Assembly: GCA_050331235.1 (NCBI GenBank) | Contig: JBHJHA010000094.1 | Span: 1-56,623 of the forward strand | DNA: 56,623 nucleotides | DNA from: Leptolyngbyaceae cyanobacterium | GTDB lineage: Bacteria > Cyanobacteriota > Cyanobacteriia > Phormidesmidales > Phormidesmidaceae | Direction: 5' to 3' | In this document: positions 8,420 through 18,527 of the stretch, piece after piece | How positions within the stretch are numbered: position 1 is the first letter of the stretch | Layout of the letters: each line of letters begins with the position of its first letter | Program-made: the position numbers and the translations under genes | The notes under the pieces: model-generated | Databases searched by the model: none | Told to the model about the DNA's origin: nothing | Seen by the model: the letters and a program-made list of their open reading frames with translations, nothing else

Positions 8420-10044
8420 CCTGCTGTGCTGCGGCCAGCTACACCACAGGCGGTTTTCATCTCATATCGGTAATAAATGTGCTCTGAAGCTTGAGGCGGC
8501 AGCTGAATGAGCCATTGATACTGATCTACGGCTTCTCGAGTGATGGGCGGCTCCGCGGCCAATAGTTCCAGGTCAATACAGTCAGAACGACTGAATGGCA
8601 CCTGCTCAATTACTGTCACATCAATCGGATGGGTAAACGGATTATGAATGGTGAGTCGATAGGCCCGGAGCTCACGGTCGACCGTATCCGCTGGCTGTGA
8701 TTTTTGAGTCACCAGTTCTCGTTGGATAGCCACTCGCTCATCCAAGCCCAAACTCAGCTGAAACGACGCCCCCGGGGCGACATATTCACACTTTTCCTCA
8801 CCCACATACCCACCATCTCGAAACAGATAAGCCATCCCTGCTAACAGTGGCCCTTTATCCGATGGGTTCGTCAAGGCCGCACAGAGATAAGCGGCACTAC
8901 AGCGCTGGGGCAGGGCCACATAGGTTAAGCGACTGTCGAGCTCTAGCTGCCCCACCGGCACCCGATATACTGCGTTATCACTGGCGACTGTTATGGGCGC
9001 AGTTGCCACAAAGCAAATGATGGCACTGGTTGACTGTAACCCCCCATCTTCCGATCCGGCTTCGTCCTGCTGCGGAGGAATCTCACTCCCCGGTACGGCT
9101 CCCAACATGCGATAGGTTTCGTCAAGGCCGGGACTGCGCGATCGCAAGCGCTTTTTGGATTCTCGGTGAGCTGACTGGGCCCGGGCAGTATCTGCCGGCG
9201 CAGCCTTGAGCAGGCTCACATCCGGGATGGCGGGCGATTTTTCCGGTACCGCAGTAGACACCTTCAACTCAACCTGGTGCCAGTCTTCTCCAGTATTTTG
9301 ACGAACTTCGGCAATACAGTCGATTTGTAACGCTGAACGCTCTTCTTTGAGTCGAAAGTTATAAGCCGGCTGCCAGTAGGCCTCAGTTACGTCGTACACG
9401 ATGTGGAGATGTAGCAAACCGGACTGTAACACGGTCAACGGTAGCCTGATCCGATAACTCGGGGTTTTACCATGGGATTGAAACTGCTGGAGCGCCTGAC
9501 GCGCTTGTTGGAGCTGCTGATCAAGCTCATGCTTTTGGCGTTCTTGCGCCGTAATAACCTCAGCAAGGCGTTGATGAGCCCGCTCAAAATACGCCATAAA
9601 TTCTGTGATTTGAGCCAATTCCATGGATTGCTGAGTCAGCCCCTGCGCAAATTGCTGAGCCGCTTGTTCCGATAGCACTTGCAGAAACGCCTGCTGCTGG
9701 TTGAGTCCTGCGAGCCGCTCTTTACATATGCGAAATTGATCTTCCACCGTATGCAGGTGATCGCTGAGCTGCTGTTCTTGTCTGAGCCAGTGTTGATTAG
9801 ACAAGAGTGGCTCTAAGCCAGGTTTCTGTAAGGTCACACTGGCCGTGCCCTGGGCAATCGCTTGAATACTCGGTGGTGCCAATGTTGCCGGGAGGGGGCC
9901 GACCTCCAAAACCATATCGGAGGCATGTACCTCTACCTGGCCATGGCGGGTGACTCTGGCCTGTTCTGGATAAACTGTGACGGCGACAATTTCAGTTTCT
10001 ACTGAGACTGCAGCCCCCGCTAAAGCGGAATCGGGCATCTGCAC
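8416..10044 (-). CDS. DUF4140/DUF4139 (MuiA-like) protein
   Basis: AVTVYPEQARVTR, coiled coil, AYWQPAY, QNTGEDW, LSLGLDERV motifs. Confidence 0.8.
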   Translation of the reverse strand: MQMPDSALAGAAVSVETEIVAVTVYPEQARVTRHGQVEVHASDMVLEVGPLPATLAPPSIQAIAQGTASVTLQKPGLEPLLSNQHWLRQEQQLSDHLHTVEDQFRICKERLAGLNQQQAFLQVLSEQAAQQFAQGLTQQSMELAQITEFMAYFERAHQRLAEVITAQERQKHELDQQLQQARQALQQFQSHGKTPSYRIRLPLTVLQSGLLHLHIVYDVTEAYWQPAYNFRLKEERSALQIDCIAEVRQNTGEDWHQVELKVSTAVPEKSPAIPDVSLLKAAPADTARAQSAHRESKKRLRSRSPGLDETYRMLGAVPGSEIPPQQDEAGSEDGGLQSTSAIICFVATAPITVASDNAVYRVPVGQLELDSRLTYVALPQRCSAAYLCAALTNPSDKGPLLAGMAYLFRDGGYVGEEKCEYVAPGASFQLSLGLDERVAIQRELVTQKSQPADTVDRELRAYRLTIHNPFTHPIDVTVIEQVPFSRSDCIDLELLAAEPPITREAVDQYQWLIQLPPQASEHIYYRYEMKTACGVAGRSTAG

Positions 10045-10637
10045 GGCAAACTCTCTCGACTGCGAACCACAAACCTAGATGACCACCCCTTAAATCTTGG
10101 CTCAACGTATCTACCCTTCTCAGGTTTCCCCAATCTGACACAACATGCAGCTTTGCTCAGGCAGCTAAACCAGTCCTGAATCAAACCGCTGGGTCAGACA
10201 ACTCATTCCCATTTTGGGTGCATCGTTGAATGGGGAGCGATAATTTTGAACGGGATCAATGAATTTATATAAGCTTATTTACCTTATATCTCCTTACATC
10301 GGGTGAGGGGGACCACCCTGACTGTTCACACAAAAGTTTGACGCACATTCTGTGAGAGCGATTAAATGGCCCTTGGCGCTGGTTGGAAAATCTGGACACA
10401 ACCGCGATCGCCCACTGTCCTGACCGCACCAAATAAGTGACATTTTCTAAACTCGGTCATGCCTGACAATCCCACGGAGCCCACTTCATTGCACTCGACC
10501 TCGCCATCGATAGCTGCCGTTGACAGCACTGGGATGAGGTAGGCCTCGGTGAACATCGGAGACCGCTGTCACCCCCCACCCGCTCACGTGGTTGAATATA
10601 GAGTAATGAGAGTGTTATTTAGTAGGAGATACCTCAA

Positions 10638-10739
10638 ATGAGTATTGACGGCGCGATCGCTTTTGTCGTTTTGTTGGGGGGTGGCTTTGTCACGGCCATG
10701 GTGCTTTACTTTGGCCTGAGAACCCTTAAGCTAATTTAA
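10638..10739 (+). CDS. petL: Cytochrome b6f subunit PetL
   Basis: 33 aa MSIDGAIAFVVLLGGGFVTAMVLYFGLRTLKLI: single TM ending in GLRTLKLI; AGGAGA RBS upstream; below the track length cutoff. Confidence 0.85.
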   Translation: MSIDGAIAFVVLLGGGFVTAMVLYFGLRTLKLI

Positions 10740-10745
10740 GCTTGA

Positions 10746-12020
10746 CTACTGACATTGCCGACTGAGCTCTGGGCTGGCCGCAATTACGCCCAGACTCAGC
10801 CAAGTCACGATATTTACCCTTGCCTCAAACAGGGTAATGTCCAGCAAAGAGAACAGCACAATACCCAAGAAGGCAAGGCAATAGGCCATCAGCACCGCGT
10901 GACAATCGGATTGGTGTCGCAGTTGCTGTAGGGCTCGATAACCGCGAAAGCAAATAAAGCCAATCACCAGGGTGAATAGAAAGGCCGCTGGCAATCCCAC
11001 CTCTGAAGCAATCATCAGCCAGAAGTTATGGGCGTGGGCGATATAGCTATACCCAAAGATTTCACCATCATAGAGCAACTTATAACTACCTAGACCGTAG
11101 CCCAACAGGGGCCGATCGCCAATCATCGCCAGCGCCATCTGCCAAACCTGTACCCGCGGATCATCTGTGAGCCAAGCCCAAGCGAGCGATCGCCCGCCAA
11201 TGCCCACCTTCAAGGTGGTCGCTATGACAAAAGCAAGGCCGCCTAAACCTAACAGTTTAAGCTGTCGACTGGTCCGTAAGCAGAGCAGACCCACCAAAAT
11301 CAAGATGATCGCGACTAGTAATCCATTGCGTGAACCGGAGCAAAAGATACAAATCAGCGTCAATGGTATGTTCATCGCCGTCAGCAGATAGACCCACCGG
11401 CGGCGTGGAGCAGTCAAGCAGGTGGGCTGCCCTAAGTGCAGAAGACCGAGGTTTAGCCCCAGCATCAATACGAGATAGCTCGCCAGCGTATTGGGATAGT
11501 CAAACAGCGAAAATGCACGGGGGACGTGCAAATCTCCGAGATACAGCCAGTCAATAAGGGGAAAGTAGGGGAGCAGGCCAGGGGTTGGCGTGAATTTGAA
11601 GATGTACTCGACAATGCCAATGACATTGAGCGGGATAGAGGCCAACACCAGTACCACAGCCCAGCAGTACAGCTGCCACCAGGGGTTGTCAGTGCGCTGT
11701 AAATAAACCGTTAAAAAAGCCCAGAACCAAAAAAAGGGGAGGAAGTGTGTTAGCTGCAGAAGTGTTTCACCAGGATTGATGGCCTGGCTGGCGCTCAAAA
11801 TCATCAGGAACGCGATCGCTAAGAACCCACTTTTAACTAACAAAGTACCCACTGCCTTGGGACTCCGGACCGTTTGCCAGACACCCAAGAGGACAATGCC
11901 CAACAGACCTACAAACATCGTGTAAGGATACGACATTAGGCCAAAACACAGGGGCAATACCCGATGCCATAGCGGCATGCCTTGCCATCGCCAAGGCGAA
12001 CGTACGTCAATATGCGCCAT
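10746..12020 (-). CDS. O-antigen ligase (Wzy_C) family membrane protein
   Basis: Multi-TM; FDYPNTLA, SGSRNG, R..VWQ.A..MIGDRPLLGYGLG, HAHNFWL..E.G. Confidence 0.88.
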   Translation of the reverse strand: MAHIDVRSPWRWQGMPLWHRVLPLCFGLMSYPYTMFVGLLGIVLLGVWQTVRSPKAVGTLLVKSGFLAIAFLMILSASQAINPGETLLQLTHFLPFFWFWAFLTVYLQRTDNPWWQLYCWAVVLVLASIPLNVIGIVEYIFKFTPTPGLLPYFPLIDWLYLGDLHVPRAFSLFDYPNTLASYLVLMLGLNLGLLHLGQPTCLTAPRRRWVYLLTAMNIPLTLICIFCSGSRNGLLVAIILILVGLLCLRTSRQLKLLGLGGLAFVIATTLKVGIGGRSLAWAWLTDDPRVQVWQMALAMIGDRPLLGYGLGSYKLLYDGEIFGYSYIAHAHNFWLMIASEVGLPAAFLFTLVIGFICFRGYRALQQLRHQSDCHAVLMAYCLAFLGIVLFSLLDITLFEARVNIVTWLSLGVIAASPELSRQCQ

Positions 12021-13452
12021 CGCCGATTATTACTACCCAGATAGTCTTTAACAATATATAGATATCTAGCCAAACAGACCAATTTCTGACGTAGTAAGCA
12101 TCTAAGTTGACTCGCTCTACGTACGTTACATCGTTGCGACCAGAAACCTGCCAGAGGCCGGTAATGCCCGGATGTACGCGCTTGTACAGCTCAAACTTAT
12201 CAGCGTAGTAGGCGATTTCATCATCGACGATGGGGCGAGGGCCTACCAAGCTCATTTCACCTCGCAAAACATTCCAAAGCTGAGGTAACTCATCCAAACT
12301 CGTGCGCCGTAAAAAACGACCAACCCGCGTAATCCGTGGATCGCTCTTCAGTTTTCGCTCCCGTTCCCACTCGTCTCGCAACAGCTGATTTTCTATGAGG
12401 TGTTGCTGGAGGACGGCATCGGCATTCGTCACCATCGAGCGAAATTTCCAAGCAGTAAAGGGGCGCCCCCGTCGTCCCAACCGATAGTGACCATAAAAAA
12501 TTGGACCGGGTGAGTCCAGCTTAACCGCCACCATGATGAGCAAAAACAGAGGGAGCATTGCCATGCCTAACAGCACAGTCAATGTGCAGTCGAGAACGAG
12601 CTTGAGCAGTCGGGGACCTGGCTGCAGCAGCCGTTGACGAATTTCGAGACCAAGGATGCCTCCCATGTCAGTCGCCCCGACCCACAAACTTGACAACCCA
12701 AACAGATCGGGAATGATCAGTAAGTGTGAAAAAGTATGACCGTAGCGTTCCAAGATTGCGAGCAGCTTTTCTCGAGGGACCCCTGGCATGGCCACGATCG
12801 CATGGTTGATGGTGCGATCGCGGGCCAGATAGGGAGCAATTGACAAGCGGCCTACCACCGGGACGGACTCCAAACTGCCCTGCTTTTTGGGATCGTCATC
12901 CAAGACCACCACTGGTTTTAGCCCCAAACCAGGCTGCCGCTTCAGGGTCCGAATGACGAGTTCCCCAGTGCGCCCTGCCCCCATGATCAACACCGGAAAC
13001 CCCCACCAGGCAAACGGTGAAACCAAGCGCCGAACGCCAATGCGGGCCAACCAGATTCCTGCCATTGAAAGGGGCCAAGCCATTAAGAAAATGCCGCGAG
13101 AATAGGTGGTCCCCTCCCGGAAGAGGAAGATCACGGCCGCTAAGGCAAAGTAAAACAGCGTAGTGGAAAGACATAGCCGGCGCAACTCCTCTACGGGGCT
13201 CAGACCAATGGCCGGATACAGACGCGCTAAGCCAAAAATGAGAATCACCATGCCGCTCAGGGGCCAGAGACTCCAATACAGCACCGGCTCAAATTGTCCA
13301 TCAAAGGAATAGCGCACCATCACGCTGACGTAGACCGCAGCGATGAGGCCAATCATATCAGCACCAACCAGCGGAGCTGCAGTTGAGAGCGATCGCAGGG
13401 AAAAGGTCAATGGCCCGTAAGCCGGTTTAAGCAGCTGAGTTAAAGGTGTCAT
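12007..13452 (-). CDS. wbaP: Undecaprenyl-phosphate sugar (galactose) phosphotransferase, WbaP family
   Basis: N-terminal TMs, Rossmann-like IMGAG, KFRSM, DPRITRVGRFLRRTSLDELPQLWNVLRGEMSLVGPRP, PGITGLWQV. Confidence 0.9.
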   Translation of the reverse strand: MTPLTQLLKPAYGPLTFSLRSLSTAAPLVGADMIGLIAAVYVSVMVRYSFDGQFEPVLYWSLWPLSGMVILIFGLARLYPAIGLSPVEELRRLCLSTTLFYFALAAVIFLFREGTTYSRGIFLMAWPLSMAGIWLARIGVRRLVSPFAWWGFPVLIMGAGRTGELVIRTLKRQPGLGLKPVVVLDDDPKKQGSLESVPVVGRLSIAPYLARDRTINHAIVAMPGVPREKLLAILERYGHTFSHLLIIPDLFGLSSLWVGATDMGGILGLEIRQRLLQPGPRLLKLVLDCTLTVLLGMAMLPLFLLIMVAVKLDSPGPIFYGHYRLGRRGRPFTAWKFRSMVTNADAVLQQHLIENQLLRDEWERERKLKSDPRITRVGRFLRRTSLDELPQLWNVLRGEMSLVGPRPIVDDEIAYYADKFELYKRVHPGITGLWQVSGRNDVTYVERVNLDAYYVRNWSVWLDIYILLKTIWVVIIGDGAY

Positions 13453-13684
13453 AAACACAGGAAACAGCCCATACCGCCATGATGCATATCAGGCATAAAG
13501 GTACCCTAATCCTACAAGGCTGGCTGCATTATTACCGGATAAATTATGCCGAGGAATCGGCATTCTGCATAGCTTGTGCCAGGTCTCATCCGTCGCCGCC
13601 GCAGGAAAGACCGTAGGCACCAACGTCACCAACTCAGCTTGCCCGAAATTTTACGGAGACGCTCATACTGTCACCCACGGCACC

Positions 13685-15322
13685 TTAAAGCTTTAGAGCC
13701 AATTGATGGACCGGCTCAGATTGCGGGCACTTGCGCACTTTGGGCGGGGTAATGTTGACATGGGCAACGAACCAAGTCCGGAGAGCGATCGCACTCTGCT
13801 CATCCAGCGCCGATAAAGCCAACGGGGCAGGAAATAGGTCGGATACGGGCACTTGCGACCAGCCAATTTCGCTGGTCACGCGATCGCTCCCAAAGGGCGT
13901 CAAGACTTTTGGCAACGTTGCTAGGAAAGGCACTACATTTTCTCGACTGAGGAACCGCTGACGCTGGTTTTCTAACTGGGCAACCCGCTTCTGCCGAGCC
14001 TGATGGTAGTTCAAGATAGGGGCTGGATAGTTCGCCATCGGCGGCGGACTCCCCAATTGTGCAGGGGCGAGGTGAGCCAGCTCAGGCACCCACTGCTTGA
14101 TAAACGCCCCCTCGGGATCACAGCGATCAACCGCAACCTGACCGGGATTGTAAATTCGCGTCCAGGTTTTATCGAGGCAGTGGGTCACCCCCGACTGCAT
14201 GGCCCATTGGTAATGATCGATGGGACAATCACCATCAATCAGATGCCGCATAAAGTGCAAAGCGCCCAGCCGCCAATCCATGCCTAGTAAATTGCTCAAG
14301 AAACTGGCATAAATAGCCCGAGAGCGAAAGTTCAGAGCCTGCCACCCGCCAGTTGCCTGTAAGCACCGAGCCGCCGCATCGACGATGGGAAATCCGGTAT
14401 AGCCCTGTTGCCAAGCTCGATATTGGTCTTCGTCAAAATCCCAGCCGTCTTCATCAAATACGGTGTAGAGCGATCGCAACTCTAGCTGCGGCAAATAGCG
14501 GAAGCGTTGGGTAAAACCGCTGCCCCACCGGAGACGAGCGATCAATTGTTGATGACTACGCCGAATGCGAAAGTCCCCTTGGTCAGGGGTCTGCTGAATA
14601 GTTTGTACACATTCTCGTACCGAGATCGCCCCAAACTTGATGTATGGGCTTAATCCAGTGGTGGCCTCAGCACTGGGATAGGAAAGCTGCCAATAGTAGC
14701 GATCGCTCTTATTTTGCAAAAAATCTGACAATAGCTGTCGGGCGGCGGTCGTTCCGCCTGGTGGCACCACTTTACTATCCACCGCTTGCTCGAGCGCCGA
14801 CATTGACGGTAGCGCCTCGCTCTCAATCTCTGGCGGCACCTCGATGTGGTCAGGTGTGGGCACCATCGGTGCTGCCATGTCACGATACCAGCGAGCACGA
14901 TAGCGCGGATAGGGTACCAGTTCTGAGATGCTGGCAGGCGGCTCAAACCAGCGAATTTTCATGCCGGCAGCGGTCAACACTGCATTGAGACGGGCATCGC
15001 GAACACGACCGTAGATCCGCTCGCAGTCTGTGTAGGCATAAATCCCTTCGGCCGCAGACTCTTCCACTAAGGCCGGCAAAATTTCAACCGGATCGCCCGA
15101 GCGTAGGATCAAACGTCCCCCTTTAGCCTGCAGATCAGCGGCGAGCGCCACCAGACAGTCCAGCATAAAAGCCACACGGGCCGACCCAGTCTCGGGGTGC
15201 TTGAGCAAAGCCCGGTCAAAGACAAACACAGGAATTACCAAGCCACGCCGCGCGGCTCGTAACAGAGGTTCATGGTCGCAAATGCGCAAATCTCGTCGAA
15301 ACCAAACGATAGTGCGGTTCAT
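13685..15322 (-). CDS. Photolyase/cryptochrome family flavoprotein (cryptochrome-like features)
   Basis: IVWFRRDLRICDH, LSPYIKFGAIS, GYTGFPIVDA, LIDGD, RIYNP, DPEGAFIKQWVPEL; start taken at MNRTIVW. Confidence 0.9.
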   Translation of the reverse strand: MNRTIVWFRRDLRICDHEPLLRAARRGLVIPVFVFDRALLKHPETGSARVAFMLDCLVALAADLQAKGGRLILRSGDPVEILPALVEESAAEGIYAYTDCERIYGRVRDARLNAVLTAAGMKIRWFEPPASISELVPYPRYRARWYRDMAAPMVPTPDHIEVPPEIESEALPSMSALEQAVDSKVVPPGGTTAARQLLSDFLQNKSDRYYWQLSYPSAEATTGLSPYIKFGAISVRECVQTIQQTPDQGDFRIRRSHQQLIARLRWGSGFTQRFRYLPQLELRSLYTVFDEDGWDFDEDQYRAWQQGYTGFPIVDAAARCLQATGGWQALNFRSRAIYASFLSNLLGMDWRLGALHFMRHLIDGDCPIDHYQWAMQSGVTHCLDKTWTRIYNPGQVAVDRCDPEGAFIKQWVPELAHLAPAQLGSPPPMANYPAPILNYHQARQKRVAQLENQRQRFLSRENVVPFLATLPKVLTPFGSDRVTSEIGWSQVPVSDLFPAPLALSALDEQSAIALRTWFVAHVNITPPKVRKCPQSEPVHQLALKL

Positions 15323-15408
15323 AAAGCTGACCAATGTAAGGGGGATAGGCCCTAAAACCTCCCTATATCACCTTAGCAAATGTTAAATTCCGGATCATCT
15401 CCCTGATT

Positions 15409-15424
15409 TAGTATTTTTGTACTA
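15409..15424. promoter_or_regulatory. Putative cyanobacterial LexA box
   Basis: TAGTATTTTTGTACTA, one mismatch from TAGTAC-N4-GTACTA, between divergent genes. Confidence 0.5.
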
Positions 15425-15517
15425 TACTTGTACTCAGCTTATTGAAAGCCCATGCCAGAGCATTGGTAGGGCGATCGTCAATTCTGATCTTTTGCCGTTG
15501 TCGAGGAGGGCAAATTC

Positions 15518-16105
15518 ATGACCCGCTCACATCCTCACTATCGATCTCGCCATCATTACAGCACTTATCACCCCATCCCATCGCCTCCGACTCAGTCGCC
15601 CCGACCGTTGTCGCCACCTCGACAACCGGGACCTTTGCGATCAGCGCAGCTTTCAACTCCCCCGTCCCATCCCACAGTGCATCGCCGCCCAAGGCGGTCA
15701 CTACCGCCTCGTTCAGTCAGACAGCCAGCTCCGCGCAAGTTTGTCTTGGCCGGTGGGGGAATGCTTGCCCTGGCAGCATTGATAGCAGGGCCTAGACCAA
15801 TCCTTGATCGCAATGTTGAGACCTCCAACAACGAGGTAGTTTGTCAAGAAACCATTCAAGCCAATGCAGTGTTATCCCGAGCCAAACTGTCAGAACTGCT
15901 CACCATTCCTGAACGAGCCCCCAAAGCAGATGTGCAGGCGGTGATTGAGCAGCCGCTTTGTACCTTGGCAGCAACTGAACTGAGAGAAGGTGTCGCTGCC
16001 GAAAGAGAAGCTTATCCGCTGGAGTTCAATCCCGAAACTTGGTTTATCGTGCTCTATGAAGAGGGCGAATATGCTGGATTTGACTTCAGCTTTCAACGCC
16101 CTTAG
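15518..16105 (+). CDS. Conserved cyanobacterial hypothetical membrane-anchored protein
   Basis: Pro/Arg-rich N-terminus, one TM, C-terminal REAYPLEFNPETWFIVLYEEGEYAGFDFSF. Confidence 0.7.
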   Translation: MTRSHPHYRSRHHYSTYHPIPSPPTQSPRPLSPPRQPGPLRSAQLSTPPSHPTVHRRPRRSLPPRSVRQPAPRKFVLAGGGMLALAALIAGPRPILDRNVETSNNEVVCQETIQANAVLSRAKLSELLTIPERAPKADVQAVIEQPLCTLAATELREGVAAEREAYPLEFNPETWFIVLYEEGEYAGFDFSFQRP

Positions 16106-16209
16106 CCAGTCTGAGTACGGGTGCTTCCCATCCGTCAATCAGTGCGCCCCTGATAGTGGGCAGTAAGCAGTATTCTCAAGCTTTTGTTCAATCTTTAGCC
16201 TAGCCAGCC

Positions 16210-16680
16210 ATGTCATTGCGTCTGCCATTTATCACCCCGGTCCTGCAAATTATCGGTGGTTTTGCCGTTTTGGGGTCCACTGCCTGCGGTCTGAGCCAAG
16301 CTCAAGTTCCTCCCCGCAACATTCCTGTACAACAGCAATGGACCCTACAGCCCGGCAGCGATGTGGGCGGTTTTGAGGTGATCGGTGGCTTGGGGGATGT
16401 GTCGATTAACCTTCAGGGCGATTCCATCAAAGCCCCCTTTGATGGTCGTCTACAGCCTTCGGATAACGAAGACTGCGTAGCTTTTACCAGCCCTGAGGTA
16501 CCCGCCTATCTATTTCGACTCTGTGGCGTGCAAGGAGCCCACTTTGGTGACCTTGTTGCCGGACAAACCATGGGCCGGGCTCAAGTTCTCCAGTTTGCGG
16601 CCATGCGCCGACAGCCCGATGGCACTTGGGCTATCGTTGAGCCTGCTACCGATGTCCTCAAAAAGACCCTGGGACAGTAG
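16210..16680 (+). CDS. Hypothetical lipoprotein
   Basis: Signal with STAC lipobox-like motif; APFDG...SPEVPAYLFRLCG. Confidence 0.7.
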   Translation: MSLRLPFITPVLQIIGGFAVLGSTACGLSQAQVPPRNIPVQQQWTLQPGSDVGGFEVIGGLGDVSINLQGDSIKAPFDGRLQPSDNEDCVAFTSPEVPAYLFRLCGVQGAHFGDLVAGQTMGRAQVLQFAAMRRQPDGTWAIVEPATDVLKKTLGQ

Positions 16681-16693
16681 GCAGGAGCTTCCT

Positions 16694-17503
16694 TCAACCT
16701 TGTTGGCGCTGTGATAGCCAGCTGACCGTCACATAGGCAATGATGATCATTGTGAAGGAAAACAGCGTCGTCAGCGTACCTAATGCATAGAGGGCTGGGG
16801 AAGTCACATTGGTGGTCATGCCAAAGATTTCCAGGGGTAAGGTGTTGTACTGGCCTGAGACGAGCGACGTCCGGGTAAATTCGTCGTAGGATAGGGTGAA
16901 GGTAAGTAGGCTCACGCCCACTAGGCTGGGCAAAATCAATGGCAGTACAATTTCCCAAAATGTCTTGGGATCATTTGCCCCGAGGTCTTTGGCCGCTTCC
17001 TCGTAGTTTGAGTTAAAGCGGTTAAAGATGCCCAGCATGATGAGAAAGGCGATCGGGAGGGTCCACGTTAGGTGCGCGCCCAAGCCCGAGGTCAGCCAGT
17101 TAGTTGACCAACCAAGCAGTTGAAACATCACCCCCAGCCCTAACGAGATCAGAATACTAGGAACAATCAACGCGGCGATAGTCAAATAAAACAAAATAGT
17201 GGAGCCCGCAAACCGCTGCCGAAAGGCCATCGCTGATAGGGTTGACATGCTGGCTACCGATACCGTCACAATCAGCCCCAGGACCACTGACCGTTGAAAC
17301 GGCTCCACGAAGTTGCCGACGCGCTGTTCCTGGAAAACTTGGCCCAGCCAGTACAACCCAAAACTCCGAATGGGAAACGTTAATGTGCCATCTGGTCCCT
17401 GTAACGACAGGATGAAAATGGTAATCATCGGACCATAGAGGAACAAGACAAACAGGCCAAAGAAAGCCGCTAACAGGTAGAAGGATAGCGATCGCTGGTG
17501 CAT
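16694..17503 (-). CDS. ABC transporter permease (PotC-like)
   Basis: EEAAKDLGA EAA loop; FTLSYDEF; TLPLEIF. Confidence 0.9.
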   Translation of the reverse strand: MHQRSLSFYLLAAFFGLFVLFLYGPMITIFILSLQGPDGTLTFPIRSFGLYWLGQVFQEQRVGNFVEPFQRSVVLGLIVTVSVASMSTLSAMAFRQRFAGSTILFYLTIAALIVPSILISLGLGVMFQLLGWSTNWLTSGLGAHLTWTLPIAFLIMLGIFNRFNSNYEEAAKDLGANDPKTFWEIVLPLILPSLVGVSLLTFTLSYDEFTRTSLVSGQYNTLPLEIFGMTTNVTSPALYALGTLTTLFSFTMIIIAYVTVSWLSQRQQG

Positions 17504-17517
17504 GGTTAGGTTACTGA

Positions 17518-18378
17518 TTAAAGTTCTTGGCGAATATTGACGACCCGCAAAATCGAGAACACGATCGCCAGTGTGACCGTGAGCAACACAATGGCATTTG
17601 CCGCTGCCAAGGGATACTGCAAACTGCCAATCTGAGTCTGAATAAGCTTGCCGATGGAGGCTGCTTGCCCGCCCCCCATCAGACGGACAGTAATGAATTC
17701 GCCCATTACCAAGGTCACCACAAAGATCGAGCCGATCGCGATTCCTGGTGCTGATAGGGGCAAGATGATTTCCTTGAATACGCCTAGGCCCGACGCCCCC
17801 ATATCTTCGGCAGCAGTGATCAGCGTCCGGTCAATCCGCATCAGACTGTTAAAGATAGGCGCAATCATGAAGATGATGTAGAGATGCACCATCCCCAGCA
17901 CTACTGCGAAATCAGAGTAAAGCAAGAATTCCAAAGGCTGGTCGATGAACCCAATCCCCATCAACATCTGATTTACCAGACCCTCTTTACCCAGGAGCGG
18001 CACCCAAGAGATCATGCGAATGATATTCGATGTCCAAAAAGGAATAGTACATACCAAAAAGAGCAAGACTTGCCACTTCAGCTGGTTGATATGAAAGGCT
18101 AGGAAAAAGGCAACCGGATACCCAATCAGCAGGGTTGAGACCCAGACCAGTGCGACAAACTTAAACGTATTGAGATAAGTCTTGAGCGTCACGTCGGAGG
18201 TAAAAATGCCGACATAGTTATCTAGTGTGAAAGCCGGGGTCATGGAATAGCCGTTGAACTCCCAGAAGCTCACAACCCCAATCAGCACAATAGGAAAAAT
18301 CAGAAACAGCGAGAGGGCAATCGCTTGGGGAGTCGCCAGTAGATAAGGCTTTAAGATCGTCCAGTTTTTATGCATCAC
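17518..18378 (-). CDS. ABC transporter permease (PotB-like)
   Basis: IPFWTSNIIR, AAEDMGA loop, LPLSAPGI. Confidence 0.9.
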   Translation of the reverse strand: MMHKNWTILKPYLLATPQAIALSLFLIFPIVLIGVVSFWEFNGYSMTPAFTLDNYVGIFTSDVTLKTYLNTFKFVALVWVSTLLIGYPVAFFLAFHINQLKWQVLLFLVCTIPFWTSNIIRMISWVPLLGKEGLVNQMLMGIGFIDQPLEFLLYSDFAVVLGMVHLYIIFMIAPIFNSLMRIDRTLITAAEDMGASGLGVFKEIILPLSAPGIAIGSIFVVTLVMGEFITVRLMGGGQAASIGKLIQTQIGSLQYPLAAANAIVLLTVTLAIVFSILRVVNIRQEL

Positions 18379-18527
18379 TGATAATTCACATTTCCGGTCA
18401 GCCTATCCAACCGACAGTTGGCAAACCAGGGTTCTGTAGTGCCCCAAAACCACCGAAAAAGCCTGAGCGTCGAGTTTGTTCGGTGGTCAGGAATGCCCCT
18501 TATTGGCTAGCAAGCATCGCTAGAACA

